64,000 nucleotides of DNA from the NCBI GenBank assembly GCA_051362555.1, contig CM120649.1, positions 19,048,567-19,112,566 of the forward strand, in the 5' to 3' direction. The number at the start of each line of letters is the position of its first letter. Within the stretch, counting starts at the first letter, position 1. Positions 12,501 to 26,657 of this stretch are shown here, one piece after another. The notes beneath the pieces were generated by a model, which saw nothing but the letters and a program-made list of their open reading frames with translations, was not told the origin of the DNA and ran no database searches. The translations under genes were made by a program, and so were the position numbers. Source of the DNA: Lingula anatina (lineage: Eukaryota; Animalia; Brachiopoda).

Positions 12501-15500
12501 TATGGTCCTAAGAGCCCTAACTCTTTCTCTTCACCCCGGATATCTGCCAGTATCTCTCCAAGATTAGTTTAAATCGTTTGCTACAGATCGAAACTTAACC
12601 CACTCCATTGCGTTCACTACTCCTCCCCTTCCAGTCTCGTGTAGGTTAAAATCGCGTTATTAAGTTTCGTTTGGGATCACACACCTTTCGCAAACACGGT
12701 TTATACACTGAAGAATCCAAGACCCGCGATAACTGAGCCCGGCAGGTAAAGTGACGATAAAGATTGGGTCAACTTCGAGCTATATTGAACACCTTAACTT
12801 GTCCCTTGTATCTGAGGACTATCACATCGTATGGACAGGTAAGAAAACACGGGATATCCAGGTCGTTTTATCATGTTAATACCCTCCCCAGTAAGATCGA
12901 CTTTAAACTCACCACGTGTGAGTATTTGGTGTTCCTGCTATTGACTTTGACGTTAGTTTTTTTCTCCTGCAAATATTGAACAAAGTAAAGGAAAATGTCA
13001 TCGTCATTTCACCCCATACCCCATTTTTGATGCTCCACTTCATCTTTGCGTCTTCCTTACAGTTCCCCTCCAAAAATATTTATATGCCACGCAGTGTTAA
13101 CAATAAATATAAGGGACACATGATTACCAAAAGATTGAACAAACATCTTACATCATTTAAAATTGTTTACTTCGTCCAAAATACTCTCAACAACAAATAT
13201 AAGAGAAACGACCTCACGTCGTCGATTTCTTTTCTCACACAGATGACTTCACCTTGCACAGACTGTGTTTCTCAAAATAATAATAATAATAATAATAAAT
13301 ACCAATACACTGGAAAACAGTTACAAAAGTTTTACGTAAAATAACCAAAGTCATGATCTCTTGATATTTGTACACAAAATGCATACAGGTCAACTGAACT
13401 CTAAATGCACTACGAAATTTTCGTGTGTAAGAAAGAAAAATAAAACGTATTATTATAATAATAGTAACAAAAATTAACTGCACTCTCACATGATTAAATC
13501 AATGTAAGTGGTCAAATTAAAAATAACACATCACCCTGTCAAACTGAGGAGGGTTTGTCGGGAAATAATAATAATAATAGGTAAATTAAAGGTTGGGCGA
13601 AAATATATAACTGAATATCCGCACAATCTTAAGTCTCACAACCGACCTAAATAATAATAGACTGCTTTACACCAAAAATTAAAAAAATGAAATCACAACA
13701 AAACCTGCTCCTTAAAATCTCATAAAAATATTCCTCAAATAAAAAAGAAAGAAAAAAAACTTGTCACAGGGCATATGATGAAATCTACTGCGACATGCGC
13801 ACCTGATCTAACAAGCTGTTCAATTACAGTGTCAGTTTCCGCTGAAATTGACAGGAAATCAACAAAGCATTATATTACAATGTCTATTTCAGTTGATATT
13901 AACACGCAAGGAGTACCACGCCGGCAAATCACAGCGATCATTTTCACCTAGAATTAACACATCTGCTCCTTCCAAGATACCACTGCCTGTTGCAAGGGTT
14001 GATTCTACCTACTTCTCAGTTCCAATCTTAAATCAGCAAGCGGGTGAGAGAATTTTAATTTCTACTACAAAACAACACTGGATTATCTTATCAACATGAT
14101 CCAGATACAGTGTGCTATTAAGAAGGACGATAAAACTGCACGCTTCTGTGGGCTAGCCACATTTCTCTCTCTAAATAACAATGTTATGTCTTTAAATTGT
14201 AAGTATTCACATTTTGAATAGCCCATTCCAATTTTAGAAAACATGGTATGAATGACAACCCATAAGTACATTTAAAATCGCACTTTTCAACGGAGAATGC
14301 ATTCAATTCCACTACACAAAACATCCAAGACATTACTATTGTGAAAAAATTACAATATAAATAACTTCCAACGTAAATAACATACTGTTACCACGATCAT
14401 AAATGCTTCTATTTTAATTTAAGAAACCCTAATGAATTTTTACAATAGAACTTGAATGACAGGTATGCTCTCCCTAACAATTGGCTGCCCGGCAATTACG
14501 GCAAGTAGCGCAGATAATCATCTGAACTGACACGTCTTTTGTAGTAAACACACGTTAAACAGGTTGACGAGTTAGCAGACACTGCAATACCTGAGCCCCC
14601 CGTCTAATAATATACACTACCTTGACACACCGGTGCCTTTTGTGGTTTTCCTCCCTTGCTCTTTCTCTCTATATATCTCTCTCGCTCTCTTACAAGGGAT
14701 ATTAGTGCAAATTACGTGAGCCGTTTTCAAAAATATATCACAGAAAATGTCAGAAGAACAAAAATAAGATTAATGCTTAGGAGCATATATTCATGTATGA
14801 GTATTTCCATCCTGAGCCTAGATTCTGTGCTCGACTCTAACGAAATAGCTAGCTGTTAAAATAATTCTTGTAACAGGGCGGACAAAATTTAAATAATAAT
14901 AAAACACCATAAATCCTACTCAAGAGGAAAACGCGATCTTCTAAATAAAAGTTCTCCAAATTTTATCCGAATCATTATGGCAAAAAGAAAAATAAGAAAT
15001 GGTCTAATTCACCTACTACCGGCAAGGTACTATTAATACACAAATATTTAAACCAGAAAACACGTTATCTTAAATTTCTTATGTAGTGAACACATTTAAT
15101 GAAAACGAGGGAAAAACTGAACATATCTCTAGCTTTATCAGAATATAACATAATTTCTGTACAGTAACACAAATAAGACACACAGAGTATCTCTGCATTT
15201 TTATAAGACTATGCCTGAATACCTCTCTCTCACTCACTCTTTCTCTCTCTCTCGCTCACATCTTAACTGACCCTACTATGTCTATGGATCCCTACATTTA
15301 ACGGGTCGGATGAAGTGGGTTTAGAACCCAGCACGACCCTTGTCAAGGCGGTGAGTCAACTCACGCGACGAAATCTTCGCAGTTTACTGCAAGAGTTTGG
15401 CTTGGCTTGGCTACGGCTACGACGAGATAAGATACCCGGCCGGCTCTGGTGGCACTGTTTATATGTAAGTTAGGTATGCAATGAGTGAGTAAAGTAAGTA

Positions 15501-15600
15501 AATCCATAGTCCAGGCTGGCATGTAGTTTGTATGATATGAGATTTTAAACAGGCGGGCACCTGCTGGAATTAGGCGACGGTGTGTGTTATGAATGGTACA

Positions 15601-16392
15601 CTATACCACTGCCCCAGTAAGATGCCTGTAGTGATCCTCGGCTTTGACGGCCGCAGCGCCGGGGAAAACGTACGTGGGGAGTCTATGTAGTTCCTGCGAG
15701 GGGAGATAAGCAGGAGGGAGCATATATTGTCCGTACAGCCCCGTGGGTGGGGAATGGGTGTGTGCAGCGGGAGGGGCCGCGAAGGCAGCCGCCTGGGCCG
15801 CCGCTGCCGCACTGAAGGCACTGGCCGTCGTGTACGTCGTGTAGGGGTTGGTCATCACATCTGAGGCACGGATCGCGGCGGCGGAGTCCAGCTTACTCAG
15901 GGCTGCGGGGTCGTAGTGTACGGAGGGGTAGTAGGAGGCGGGGACGCCCGGGTTGGCGGCGGCGACAGGTCCGCTGAAGTAGGCACGCATCTTCTCGCTG
16001 GCCGAGAGAGCCTCTGATTGTGATGTGTAACCAGCTGCCGTGAAACTCTGAGAGGAGGGAGGAAAGCCGGCGTGCAGCCCGTTCATGCCAGTGATCATGG
16101 GGATTGGGAAAGCATACTTATCCTTCTTCAGAAGTGATTTTGGCTTGCGTCTCGGTCGGTACTTGTAGTCTGGGTGTTCCTTCATGTGTAGAGCCCTCAG
16201 GCGTTTGGCTTCATCAATGAACGGACGTTTCTCGTCTTCTGATAGTAATTTCCATTCGGCTCCAAGTCTTTTTGAAATCTCGGAATTGTGCATTTTGGGA
16301 TTTTCTTGGGCCATTTTTCTCCTCTGCCCTCGCGACCAAACCATGAACGCATTCATGGGCCGCTTTACGTGATCGGGTGATTTTGACATCAT
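15601..16392 (-). CDS. SoxB2: SoxB2 (Sox14/Sox21-group) HMG-box transcription factor, single exon, 263 aa
   Basis: [48 protein letters not shown]...[24 protein letters not shown] is a SoxB HMG box plus group-B motif, with the very short N-terminus typical of B2. It also has an Ala-rich region and a C-terminal LPTYVFPG resembling the Sox14/21 tail. First ATG is at 16392 (the ORF track starts at an upstream GTG); TAG at 15603-15601. Confidence 0.97.
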   Translation of the reverse strand: MMSKSPDHVKRPMNAFMVWSRGQRRKMAQENPKMHNSEISKRLGAEWKLLSEDEKRPFIDEAKRLRALHMKEHPDYKYRPRRKPKSLLKKDKYAFPIPMITGMNGLHAGFPPSSQSFTAAGYTSQSEALSASEKMRAYFSGPVAAANPGVPASYYPSVHYDPAALSKLDSAAAIRASDVMTNPYTTYTTASAFSAAAAAQAAAFAAPPAAHTHSPPTGLYGQYMLPPAYLPSQELHRLPTYVFPGAAAVKAEDHYRHLTGAVV

Positions 16393-16639
16393 GACAAAGT
16401 TCCTCAGTTTACAACTGTGACACACTGTGCAGTTAACTTCACTGCTGTGCTAACTTGTTCCAAAGTTACTGTCAAGTTCTTCAAGTGTAAATAATACTAA
16501 TAATACTCACAATAAATATATCTTCGAGCTTTGAGATAAGCTCTCGTTGTCTATGGGATATTATATAAGTCTACTGCTACTGACTGATGTAAAATCCGTC
16601 GAAGTTCGACGTTCGTACAAGTTGCGTGCTTTCCTCGCC

Positions 16640-16840
16640 CCGACTAAGTTCCTCTCTGTCTAAGCGGAAAACTTCAAAGTGCCTTTATGTGTACCTGTAT
16701 TTGCAAGTGTCGCGCACCTCCGGAAGTCACAGCTGTTCATCCAATCAAAGCCTACTAAACAGCTCCGCCAGGTGAGATCGATGTGAGGTTCGATCTAATT
16801 GGCTGTCCATTGAAGCCTTAGGTAGAATTTCATTGGTCAA
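16640..16840 (-). promoter_or_regulatory. Putative SoxB2 core/proximal promoter
   Basis: On the minus strand a TATA-like CATAAAG (16689-16683) lies ~28 nt upstream of an Inr-like TTAGAC (~16661), with a second TTAGTC at ~16645. Three CCAAT boxes (16741, 16798-16802, 16832-16836), an ETS-like CGGAAGT (16721) and an octamer-like ATTTGCAA (16699). Confidence 0.55.
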
Positions 16841-17575
16841 TATATGCACAAGTAATCAACATGGAGTTGAAGTGTCTTAGTTTTAAACATGAATGCTTAA
16901 CAAATCGATAAATCCAACGAGTTAATCGTGAACATGTCAACAGCTAAGTACTTGAACGCTGTCAGTGCAAGGTAAAAATGATTGGGTTCTATTAACATTA
17001 GCTTTGAATACAGAATATTGTATATATCTGAATAAAACGGTGTTTAAACTCAGGGCACACGTGTGTATATTAAAATAAAATAGCAAAGTAGCGGTGTAGC
17101 AGACTTAGGAATCGGAAATATTGATACATACTGAAGTTAAGCTCTTCTGTTGACACAGAGAGAGATCAGTGAGTGGAACTTTGCTCATTATTCAGATAAT
17201 TAACTCCCACTACTAGGACTAATATGAGCAGGTCGCAGACGATTAATGTGTTTTGATTTGAACTGTTGAGTTCGGTAAATGGTACAAGTTCTAAAATTAC
17301 TTGAGGTCTTGATAGTCAAATGATTCCACCCAAGGCCTACACCTGTGTTGGAGTACTTACTTCTGTGACCTACTTGGCCTCACTTGTAACCACAAAATAG
17401 TATAAATATGCCCACGCAATTTATCATTATGAATAGTAATGCTTAGCATTTATGCCCTTGCCAAAACTTTCACTCGAAAACCTATTTTCGTGGGTTAAAT
17501 GTTAGGATATGCTGATTATTATAATTTTTATGACTACTTTTACTACTACTTATTTGTTATTTCTACTACCACTTC

Positions 17576-17629
<54 letters not shown>

Positions 17630-17965
17630 ATTAAGTCATGTTAAATATATTGTACAGGCATGGTGCAGGCCTGTAGCTATTAATTTAGGGGAATGGCGGG
17701 GTCTTTTTTATGTAAATTCCACCCTTTTATCCCTTTCATGAGAAAAATCACAGAAATATTGATAGATTCAGTGACAACCTTCTGTAGCCATTGCAAGGTG
17801 CATTTTGCTAAGTTTCTGTCACACCCCCTGCCCTGCCTGCAAGCTGTGGTAGCTTTTACATTGCTGGTTGATGGCAATTTTCTTTTCTATATTTGATAGT
17901 CATAATTTATAGTTAAGAACTCTTACTTTTAAAGTTGCTTGATAAAAACTTTTTTTTTTCAATTT

Positions 17966-18282
17966 AGTTGCTCTAGATTGCCTTCTGACTTCACATTAAA
18001 TTCTCTGTTTGTTCATCCTGTTTCTCAGAACTGTTTAGCAAGTTGCTAATTCTCAAAGTCAAAGTCATCTAGGTGCCATTAAAGCAGTATATTTGCAAGT
18101 CTATAATCAACATGTTGGTTCAAGTTGAACAAGAAGAATGTTTGATATCTGCAGTTTTGACATCTGCATGTATATAAGAAAACTCTTTATTTTTCACAGC
18201 TTAAAGTAGTTGGATTGAGCTTCTTCTTTACCACTTCCAACTGCACAAACACACACACATGCATACACACACACACACACAT

Positions 18283-18314
<32 letters not shown>

Positions 18315-18872
18315 CACTTTCCCCTGAAAATGTGGGAAACAGTGGATTGCATTAAATCTTGTAGGGGTACATTTTACTGATAAATTTGTCTAAAAAATAC
18401 TACAGTAACTATACTCACAGTTGTAAAGTTGGTCTAGATTGACTTCACATTAATTTCTCTGTGGGACTGAAAATTTGTTTGTTCATCCTGTTTTTCGGAA
18501 CTGATTAGCATGTTGCTAATTCTCAAAGTCAAAGTCATCTAGGTGCCATTAAAGCAGTATATTTGCAAATCTATAATCAACATGTTGGTTTAAGTTTAAT
18601 AAGATTCAGGAGAATGTTTGATATCTATAGTTTTGATATCTGTATGAATACATCGGTACTATTTAATTTTATTCTTGCAGCTTAAAGCATTTGGATTGAG
18701 CTTTGTGATTGGATTGAGCCATGCCCTTCTTTCCTACGCACACACACGCACACACAAACCACTTTCCTCAGAAAATGTTGGAAACAATGGATTGATTTAA
18801 TTCCTTTAGGGGCACATTTTAATGATTTGTAATAAAAAACACATACTAATATACTCATAGTTGTAAAGTTGG
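17966..18872. repeat. Head-to-tail ~450-bp tandem duplication
   Basis: Copies ~17966-18432 and ~18433-18872 share GTTGCTAATTCTCAAAGTCAAAGTCATCTAGGTGCCATTAAAGCAGTATATTTGCAA and both end TATACTCA.AGTTGTAAAGTTGG. Confidence 0.9.
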
Positions 18873-21417
18873 AGGTTTTATTTCTGTCTATGCCACAGTT
18901 TACATGGAAAATGTCCAGTTGGATGCCTGAAATGTAATTTATTTCTCTGTTTTTTAGATAATAGCTTAGATAAATCCATATTTTTTTCCAAATCAAAGTA
19001 AAAAAATGGATGAATAGGAAACATAGGATAAATTCAATATCACAAATCCTTTTTTAGATTAAATCAATGTAAGAAGACATGACGCACATAACAACAATGC
19101 CATGCTCTTTGTTATTTGTATTATATCAGTCACAATTTGCTCACAAATCATAGAGTTTTCTATCTTTTCATTAAACAATTAACCCAAAGAAACTGGCATC
19201 CAGGTCGTCCTAGCTTCAGACAATGGCGGCTCACTTAGACCGCCTCTTGTGTATCCAGGCACTGTTGACTTAATACGACCTGCGTTTTTGTTACAATTCT
19301 TAAGGAAGGAACTCCTTGCGCTGTTACCACAGCTCTCTTCCTGCGTTCTACGTTGTCTCTACTACATTTGCGACATTGACAGACCGTGATCTTTACACAG
19401 TAATGTCATGCATGAAACGGACTGGAGAACGTGTTCTGCTCCGTTTGCATGTTTATACATGTGTATTATTTTACAGGTCGATCTCAGTGGACATAACAGT
19501 GTGCAAATGTCGCCATGATAATTAGAACGCTTCTGGTGTAAAAATTTGTATGGGTTTTTTTTTCTTCATTCAATTAATAGACCTCCCGGGTGATAAGGTA
19601 GCATGAGATTCCATGCAGAATAGCTTTTAATATCTTTAATGGGTTCCATCTCTTTTTTCCCCTTTTATGAATGCTGAATTCTTCTGTAGTTTCATATTAA
19701 TTTGCAAAAAAAAAAAAAAAAGAAAAAAAGAAAAAAAAAACAAAAAAAGATGGAAAAAGTCATCTAATGACCTAACAAATTTCACCCTTAAGATTTTCCC
19801 TTTCTAAATATTTCTATCCATTTTCTTATTGTGACACACTGAGTTCTTTTCCTTTCAATCACCTCAGACAAAACCCTTACCATTACAGTTGATTTAAAAT
19901 TTAGAGGTGGGGGAAGTGGGTATGGTGGAGTGGAAAGAACCTCCCTTTTGACCAGTGAGAAAGGGTGTGTGTTAAGTGTGCATGGCCTCTTTTACCTGAG
20001 GCCTGTTCTCATCATTTTAACGATGAAAAGTTTTAGGTTTAAATGCAGAAAGCAGGTACTTGTTTTACAAAAGAATCTGGAAATTGGCTTAAACTTTTAG
20101 GCCCAAAATTAAGACAACTTAAGTTCAAAGTAATACCTAAGTAGTTAGTCTGAAACCAAAGTCATGTGTTTTCGCAAATAAAACACACACACACTATGCT
20201 GTTTTTTCACACTCTTAAGCTTGTATAATTTTACATGATATTAAGAAATGTATGGAATAAATAAAATTTTGTTTTCAAACCATTTGAATGAGCTGTTTCC
20301 ATTATTGATAATTATTCACTAAGAATTTTTGTGTACATGTGCTGGTTGCTTATTGTATGTAAATCCCAGGCTTATTTATACTAATATATGGTAGAAAACC
20401 TCTAAGTTCACGGTAGTTAATTGTATTGCATGTGCCCTTTGTTCAATTTTTTTATTCTGTTTTTTCTTTTTTGAGATTTGTCATGATTTTTAATTAGCTA
20501 TTATCAAAAAGAAATATGTATGACATCGACCCAAAATGTATTCCAAAACTTTCGAGCCATCTTCTGAATGAGTGACTTATGCAACACAATGAATCTGTTT
20601 TGTTTGAAAGCTCTTAGCTATAATTGCCACATTTATACTGATTATGTAAGCTTGATACTGGGTATTTGTTTTTGACAAAGGCAACATTCAATTTATTATT
20701 CATGAAAAGAAGACATTTAAATTATTAAACATTGATAAGAATAATTGCCAAAAAGCAGTCTTTTGTTTCAATTTGTTTGACAAAGGTTCATAATGTAATT
20801 TAAAACATTAAAAAAATTACATGCTACCATTGAATTTTCAGTAGCACCAGTATTTTGAAATAGTGACTGTTGATTTTTCTTTCAGTTATAATAATTCAGT
20901 GGCATAAATAAGATGAACAGCATAAAGCTGTTACAGATCTCAATTTACTTTGATACAAAAGGTTCATCTACTACATCTTTAATGAAATAGTATACTGGTA
21001 CTAATACCAATTATTATGCATACATTAATGGCACTGAACTCATTTATACCTTTCATGTTTTATTTTCAATTGTTTAGAAGTTTTTAGGTGTATTGTAGTT
21101 GTAACCTGGTGCAGAACAAGGAAGTACAAGTTGAAACAGAAAAATCATTAATAATATATAACAGTATTATAATTATAATCTGTAATATAACTTTAAGATG
21201 TGCTGTACTGTAATGAACAAGCACGTGCTTGCATGTGCGTGCAATGTCATAGTGTCCATGATGAACAAAGTGTGTGTTCATACTTTTCAGGTACACCCTC
21301 ACCTGCCGAGAATGTTATCAAAAGAGCAAGTACAACGGGTAAAAAATTGAGTTTTGACTTATATCAGCACTATCAATTAACCTAAAATGTCAATTTTGGG
21401 AAGGGTACGTTGTTGTC

Positions 21418-21425
21418 ACACACAC

Positions 21426-21461
<36 letters not shown>

Positions 21462-21474
21462 ATGCATGCACGCA

Positions 21475-21506
<32 letters not shown>
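21418..21506. repeat. Interrupted (CA)n microsatellite
   Basis: Direct read. Other CA/TG tracts at 2790-2822, 18244-18313, 23568-23619 and 47889-47932. Confidence 0.95.
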
Positions 21507-23560
21507 GATGGGCATACAAAACTAATTTTTAAATCATAAATGTGAAGAAGTTCAAGAGCCCTGTAGAAAGTTCAAGCAATTTAGATATGAAGTAAAAAAA
21601 AAAAAATAAATAAATATGCCATTACATTAAGTCATCATCTCTCAGCAAATATATATTTCAGAAGTCATTTCAATTTGAAAGTAAGATTTTTTTTATATCA
21701 TGCAAACTCATGCATGCGTGTGCACATGCACGGAACGCACACACTTTAACGTAGGTACTATTTATTTTCCAGCAATGTGGAGACCCAAGGAGAACGTGAA
21801 GTGGCTAGATAAGATAGTTCCTATCACTCAAGACAGGATGCAGCTGTTGACATATTCTTTCATTGGCAAGCGTATACAACTGGTGTGAACAAAGTGTCAG
21901 CTCTATTAGAGCCTCCTATTGACAAAGTGTCTGTTTTCTTAATGTCTTGTAGGTGTCAGTGATGAAGAGGCTAAGGTGATGGAGTGTCAATTGGGGATTG
22001 TGTAAGTTGGTGTAGAGTCAGTCTTTCAATGGACTATTCCCACTGCGACACTCACTCTTGTAAAACCCTTCACATTAAAGCTTGTAGCTAGAAATTTCGA
22101 AGGGGTAGCTTCAGGTTAAAGTGTCATCATCTATGGCTTTCTGGATTGACTGTCTTTGTCCAGTGACACCTTCAGGTAGAAACCCCCTCCCCCCCTCCAC
22201 CCCTCCACCCCCCTCTCCACACACACCTGTATATGGATGTTTTTGTCATATGATTTTGAGACTTTCTTTTATTTTTGCATGTGAAATTAAAGAATATTGT
22301 TTTTTGTGGGAATTTTTTCCATTGATAATGATGATGATATAAACTTTTCATTTTACATATCGTTAACTGCCTATTTATTTCTTTATTTATCACCAGCAAG
22401 GAAATGTATCTTGATCAACTTCTCGTGAAATTCAGTTTTTTCTCCATAAGAAAACAATCAACAGTGACCATCCTTTATTATAACCTCTCCCCCCCTTGCC
22501 TCCTTCACCAACTTAGAGCAATGTGGAAATATAGTGAATGACATTCCCTAATATTTAACAAGCCAAATCATAGAAAAGATTTTATGTATTACCACCCAAC
22601 CCACAGATTTGATTACTGTCAGTGATTATTTCATGTTGTACAAAATTAGCTCAAATTGGTGTTTCATCATTTAAGATCAAAATGTCTCCTCAGTGGGATA
22701 ACAACTTCAAAGTGAGCACCCTACTTTGCCTTAAAGAACTCCTTCCCAATTCACAAAACTACATGTAAAGATAGCACAGGAAAAAAATCTTCTGAAGATG
22801 TGAATACCTCTGAATTATTCAATTGAATTATTTGTATAACTTTAGACATCTTTTTAATGTCCTCGCAGCATCTTTGCAGTGGCTACCAACAAGTGTCTTG
22901 AGGAATGATACCGCACCTAAGATGTACACATCCCCTTTCTTCCTGTGTCAACAGTTATTGAATTTAATGTCAATTCTCTATTGAGGCCGTGATAAAGATA
23001 TCAGTAGCGAATGTGCTCCGAGTCAACAACGCAGGTGCTCGCTAGAAGACAAGAGATATCCTCCTTGACATGACGTACACATAAATATCCCTCCTCGGAG
23101 ATAAGGGCCACCACAGGTGTTAAATCATGGGGCCACTCACTGAGAATTAGTAACAGTGTCCTTGTAGTTTCACATTCTCCTCTTCATCATCCTCACCAGA
23201 GAAATTGGGGGCCCTGTGTGACTTAGCCAAAAGGCCCTGGTTGAGGCATATCACAAAATTCTCCCCTCTCCAATACAGTCAACTTTCCCCTTGCTATGAC
23301 ACATTCTCCTTGTGACAGAAGTAAGGTAACAGAACAGCTCAGGTCCTCCTTTCACAAAGTAATAAACTTACCAAGCCCCCTAATCTATGTTTAATACACT
23401 ACAAACAGTCTGGCCTTGTGATCATCGATCAAGAGAGGTTTATCAGCAGTTGATAGGATGGAAGGCACACAGATTTGGGAGGCTTTAAGGAAGCTAAGAG
23501 CAGTTTGGAACAAGGAGTTTAAAAGTGAGGGTCATGCCTTCAAGGTGTTGCCAACCCAAA

Positions 23561-23620
<60 letters not shown>

Positions 23621-24249
23621 ATGGGTGGGTGCATGGGTGTGTGTGCTAATCAGTTTTTAGTATAAGTTCCTCCAATATTTTCATGTGTCACCCGATTCTG
23701 TTGTAAAGCAGAAAAGCAATCATGCAGTGCAGATTTCAGTCCTCCTTCTTCTTCTTAATTAATTAATCAGTAGATCACCAACAAATTATAATGGTTTCTT
23801 GGTTAGCTCATTTCTGATCTATCCTGAACATTTTATTAAGATATGTCCTTTATTTTTATTTTTATTTTTTTGTTAATGTGAGACAAAACCATCATGGTAC
23901 CTCCTTGGCAGTGGTGAAGAAGGGGGAGGGGTGAAGATGAAGGTTTAATTATGTTGTGGGCTTCATGTTGAAAAAACTCAAGACATAGTGGCATGGTTAG
24001 TGATGTTCTTGGTTTCTTCAGTCAGTGATTAAGGTCTGGGTAAGTGACAATATTTTGTTGGCTATCTATAGTCACTTTCTATGGGGAGTGAAGCTTGAAT
24101 GGAAGTGGATTGTGCCACTGATAAATTCTTTCATGATTGTATTTTATGTAATGGAAGTTTGAAGTTAATGAGAAAACATTACCCAGGGGTGTGAATTGCT
24201 GCTTGAAGTAATATTATTTATGATTTTCCACATTACGAGAGAAGGAATT

Positions 24250-25100
24250 AATTATAGAATTGTGTTTGTTACAATTTAAAAGACCAACAAATCAAAACAC
24301 TTTAGTGACTCCCCCCAGATATGTAACCTTATTGTTAATTGTGAATGTTTTTCGGGCACCGTGCTCGTTAAAGCATGAGAAAAACACGCAAAGATCGGTA
24401 GCCCAGTCAAATAGTATTGGCAAAACAATGCACACAAAAACGATAATCCATGTGTTCTTTAATAACCAGAGCTGCAATAAAACCTTAGATTGTTATCAGT
24501 TTGATTAATTGTTTATGTTTGTGGAACAAAAGGAGCATTGTTGCAATATCAGTAATCGAAGTTTAATCAACTGTCCGCCAGTTAACTAGCAAGCTCTTGG
24601 CGCCCTAGGATTGATTGAACGGTGAAAAAAATCACTATTCCGTACTTTCTCAAGCTATGGTATTTATCAATCGTTAAGGGTATTCAGTATTAACGTCACT
24701 TAGGAAATGAAGAATAGCAAGGCGTATAATTTGCTCTCTTTTGTTTGCGTATTTTCAAGGTGGTTGTGTGAAGCAGGAGCATTATGATGCGATTGTGTTG
24801 AACACAAAGTGATCTCCAGTCGCCTATTGTTCAGATTGCCGATACCACATCCATATTTGTGTGTCTTAAAGCTTCCCCATTGTGCAGCTGTAATAACTCA
24901 TTGGCAAATGACTCTATTTCAGCATCCATTTATTTTGATGTCTGACAAAGAGGCGCACTCAACGAATACAAAACCTCTCTTTGCTTCTTCACACTGCTAG
25001 ATCAAATATGTTTTAGTGTTCGGAGTGAAACAGAAGCAAACACAACAAAACAATGGCGGATTCAATCGAAGCACAGACAATGTTTAATAACTGACTTAAC
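24250..25100. promoter_or_regulatory. Candidate SoxB2 upstream enhancer
   Basis: Paired Sox cores (AACAAAAGGAGCATTGTT, ATTGTGTTGAACACAAAG, CTATTGTT, AACAATGG, GACAATG) in unique sequence that retains CpGs. Confidence 0.4.
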
Positions 25101-26243
25101 CAGGGCTGCTCAATGCGAGGGGCATTGGGTGCACTGCTTTAACTTCTATTTACTTAATGTGTAAATGTCATTAAATATGAGGACTTTTGAACAACTTAAT
25201 CTGAAACACTGACATCCAGGGTACTGGGCACTGACCAGTTTAACATGAGATTACAGTAATGGATGATAAAAACAGTTTTTCTTGGGTGGCCTGCTATGAC
25301 GAGTTTGGTGCCCCGTGGAAGGCGTTTTGAGTTTTGTTTGAATATTTCCACATTGTTGGTGTACAAGTCTCACTCGAGAAGAGCAGGTTACGCAGTGATT
25401 CACAATGATTTTCTATTGAATAGAAATCTATGCAGCATTTCAGGGAGAGCTGTCCACTTATAGCACTTCTGATGTTAAATATACTTTCACTTGTTATTAA
25501 TTCCTGTGATACTGTGTTAATGTTAGAAAAGATGATTCATGTGAAATTAAAGTTTTTATGGCACTTATTTTTGTTTTCCAGCAATATTCTAATCATGTAC
25601 CTCCTCGGTTTCTGTATTTTGGATAATTGTAAGCTGAAATCTTGAGACAAATCTGTTTTTGATTTGAAAAAATTATAGGATTAAAGCAATGGAATATTTT
25701 TCCTTGAAAAAGAAGGGTGTGGTCAAATGTTATTTCCAAAAATGGGGTACAAAACTCTTGGGTCATGGTACTATAGGCTGATAATGCACTTCTTGTGATT
25801 AAAAAGATAATATTTATTTTCAATCAAAAAGAAGATTCTGGCATGTTTTTTATTTTTGCTTCAATATAAACCGAATAAGTTGTTTTTGGATCCCTGCCTA
25901 TCCTCTCACAAGAGTTGTCAAATTATGTTGATTTATATATATTTATTTGTACTGTGTCTTACATAAGTTTAAAATGGGATGAACAATTAGTATTTTTTTC
26001 TCAAGATGTATGGTTTCAATATAGTGATTTGAATAAGACACTCACTGTGAACTAGTTGACTTAATGGTATATATACTGAAAAAAATCTCAGCCTCACTAT
26101 ACAGTTAAGATGTAGCAAAATGGACATACCAAAAACTTAGTAGTTATAACCACTTATGTAAACTTTTATGATTTTGATTTGAAATTAGCAGTCATGTTTA
26201 CAGATACGATCACATCAGCTCCTGCTAACAGTAACACACTTTC

Positions 26244-26419
26244 GGGCTAATTCCCAATAAAACTATTGTTCCATGTAGATCGATCCAACACAGGAGGGAC
26301 TCTCGCTGAATGCAATCAGATTAACACATTATACCATGCCGCCATGATTGCATTCAACCAGGGCCCCTGCGGAGTTGGATCGATCTTTGCAGAGCGACAT
26401 TGTCGTTGGGAATGCACCC
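26244..26419. mobile_element. Harbinger-type MITE, family H1, second copy
   Basis: ATTCCCAATAAAACTATTGTTCCATGTAGATCGATCCAAC...GGAGTTGGATCGATC...TTGGGAATG, matching 2987-3243. Confidence 0.7.
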
Positions 26420-26487
26420 CCAGAGTGTGTCCACTGCCCTTATAATGTGGTACCTGGAAGTGGACAGTAGAGTTAAATGTGTAGTGG

Positions 26488-26657
26488 CAGGCCCTTAGCC
26501 AACAGTTTCAAAAGGGGGGAATCTTTTTCCGAAAAAGTGGACTTTTTACAATGATTTCTTAGTGCACATAAAACAAAATTTACTCAGATTAGACCTTTTC
26601 CTGACAAAAAGGGTGGTTCTTTCGAACCCCCCGAACCCCTCCCTGTCTACGGGCCTG
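26488..26657 (+). mobile_element. CAGGCCC...GGGCCTG MITE, family F2 (5-bp TSD AGTGG)
   Basis: agtgg|CAGGCCCTTAG...CTACGGGCCTG|agtgg; shares GACCTTTTCCTG.CAAAAAGGGTGGTTCTTTC with 10245-10362. Confidence 0.8.

Noticed and set aside
16184-16372. Antisense ORF over the HMG box, and the alternative-frame ORF at 15570-15821
   Set aside because: Shadow frames of the GC-rich SoxB2 CDS.
16393-16425. N-terminal extension [11 protein letters not shown] of the SoxB2 ORF
   Set aside because: It starts at GTG. Eukaryotic initiation at ATG 16392 gives the typical short SoxB2 N-terminus.
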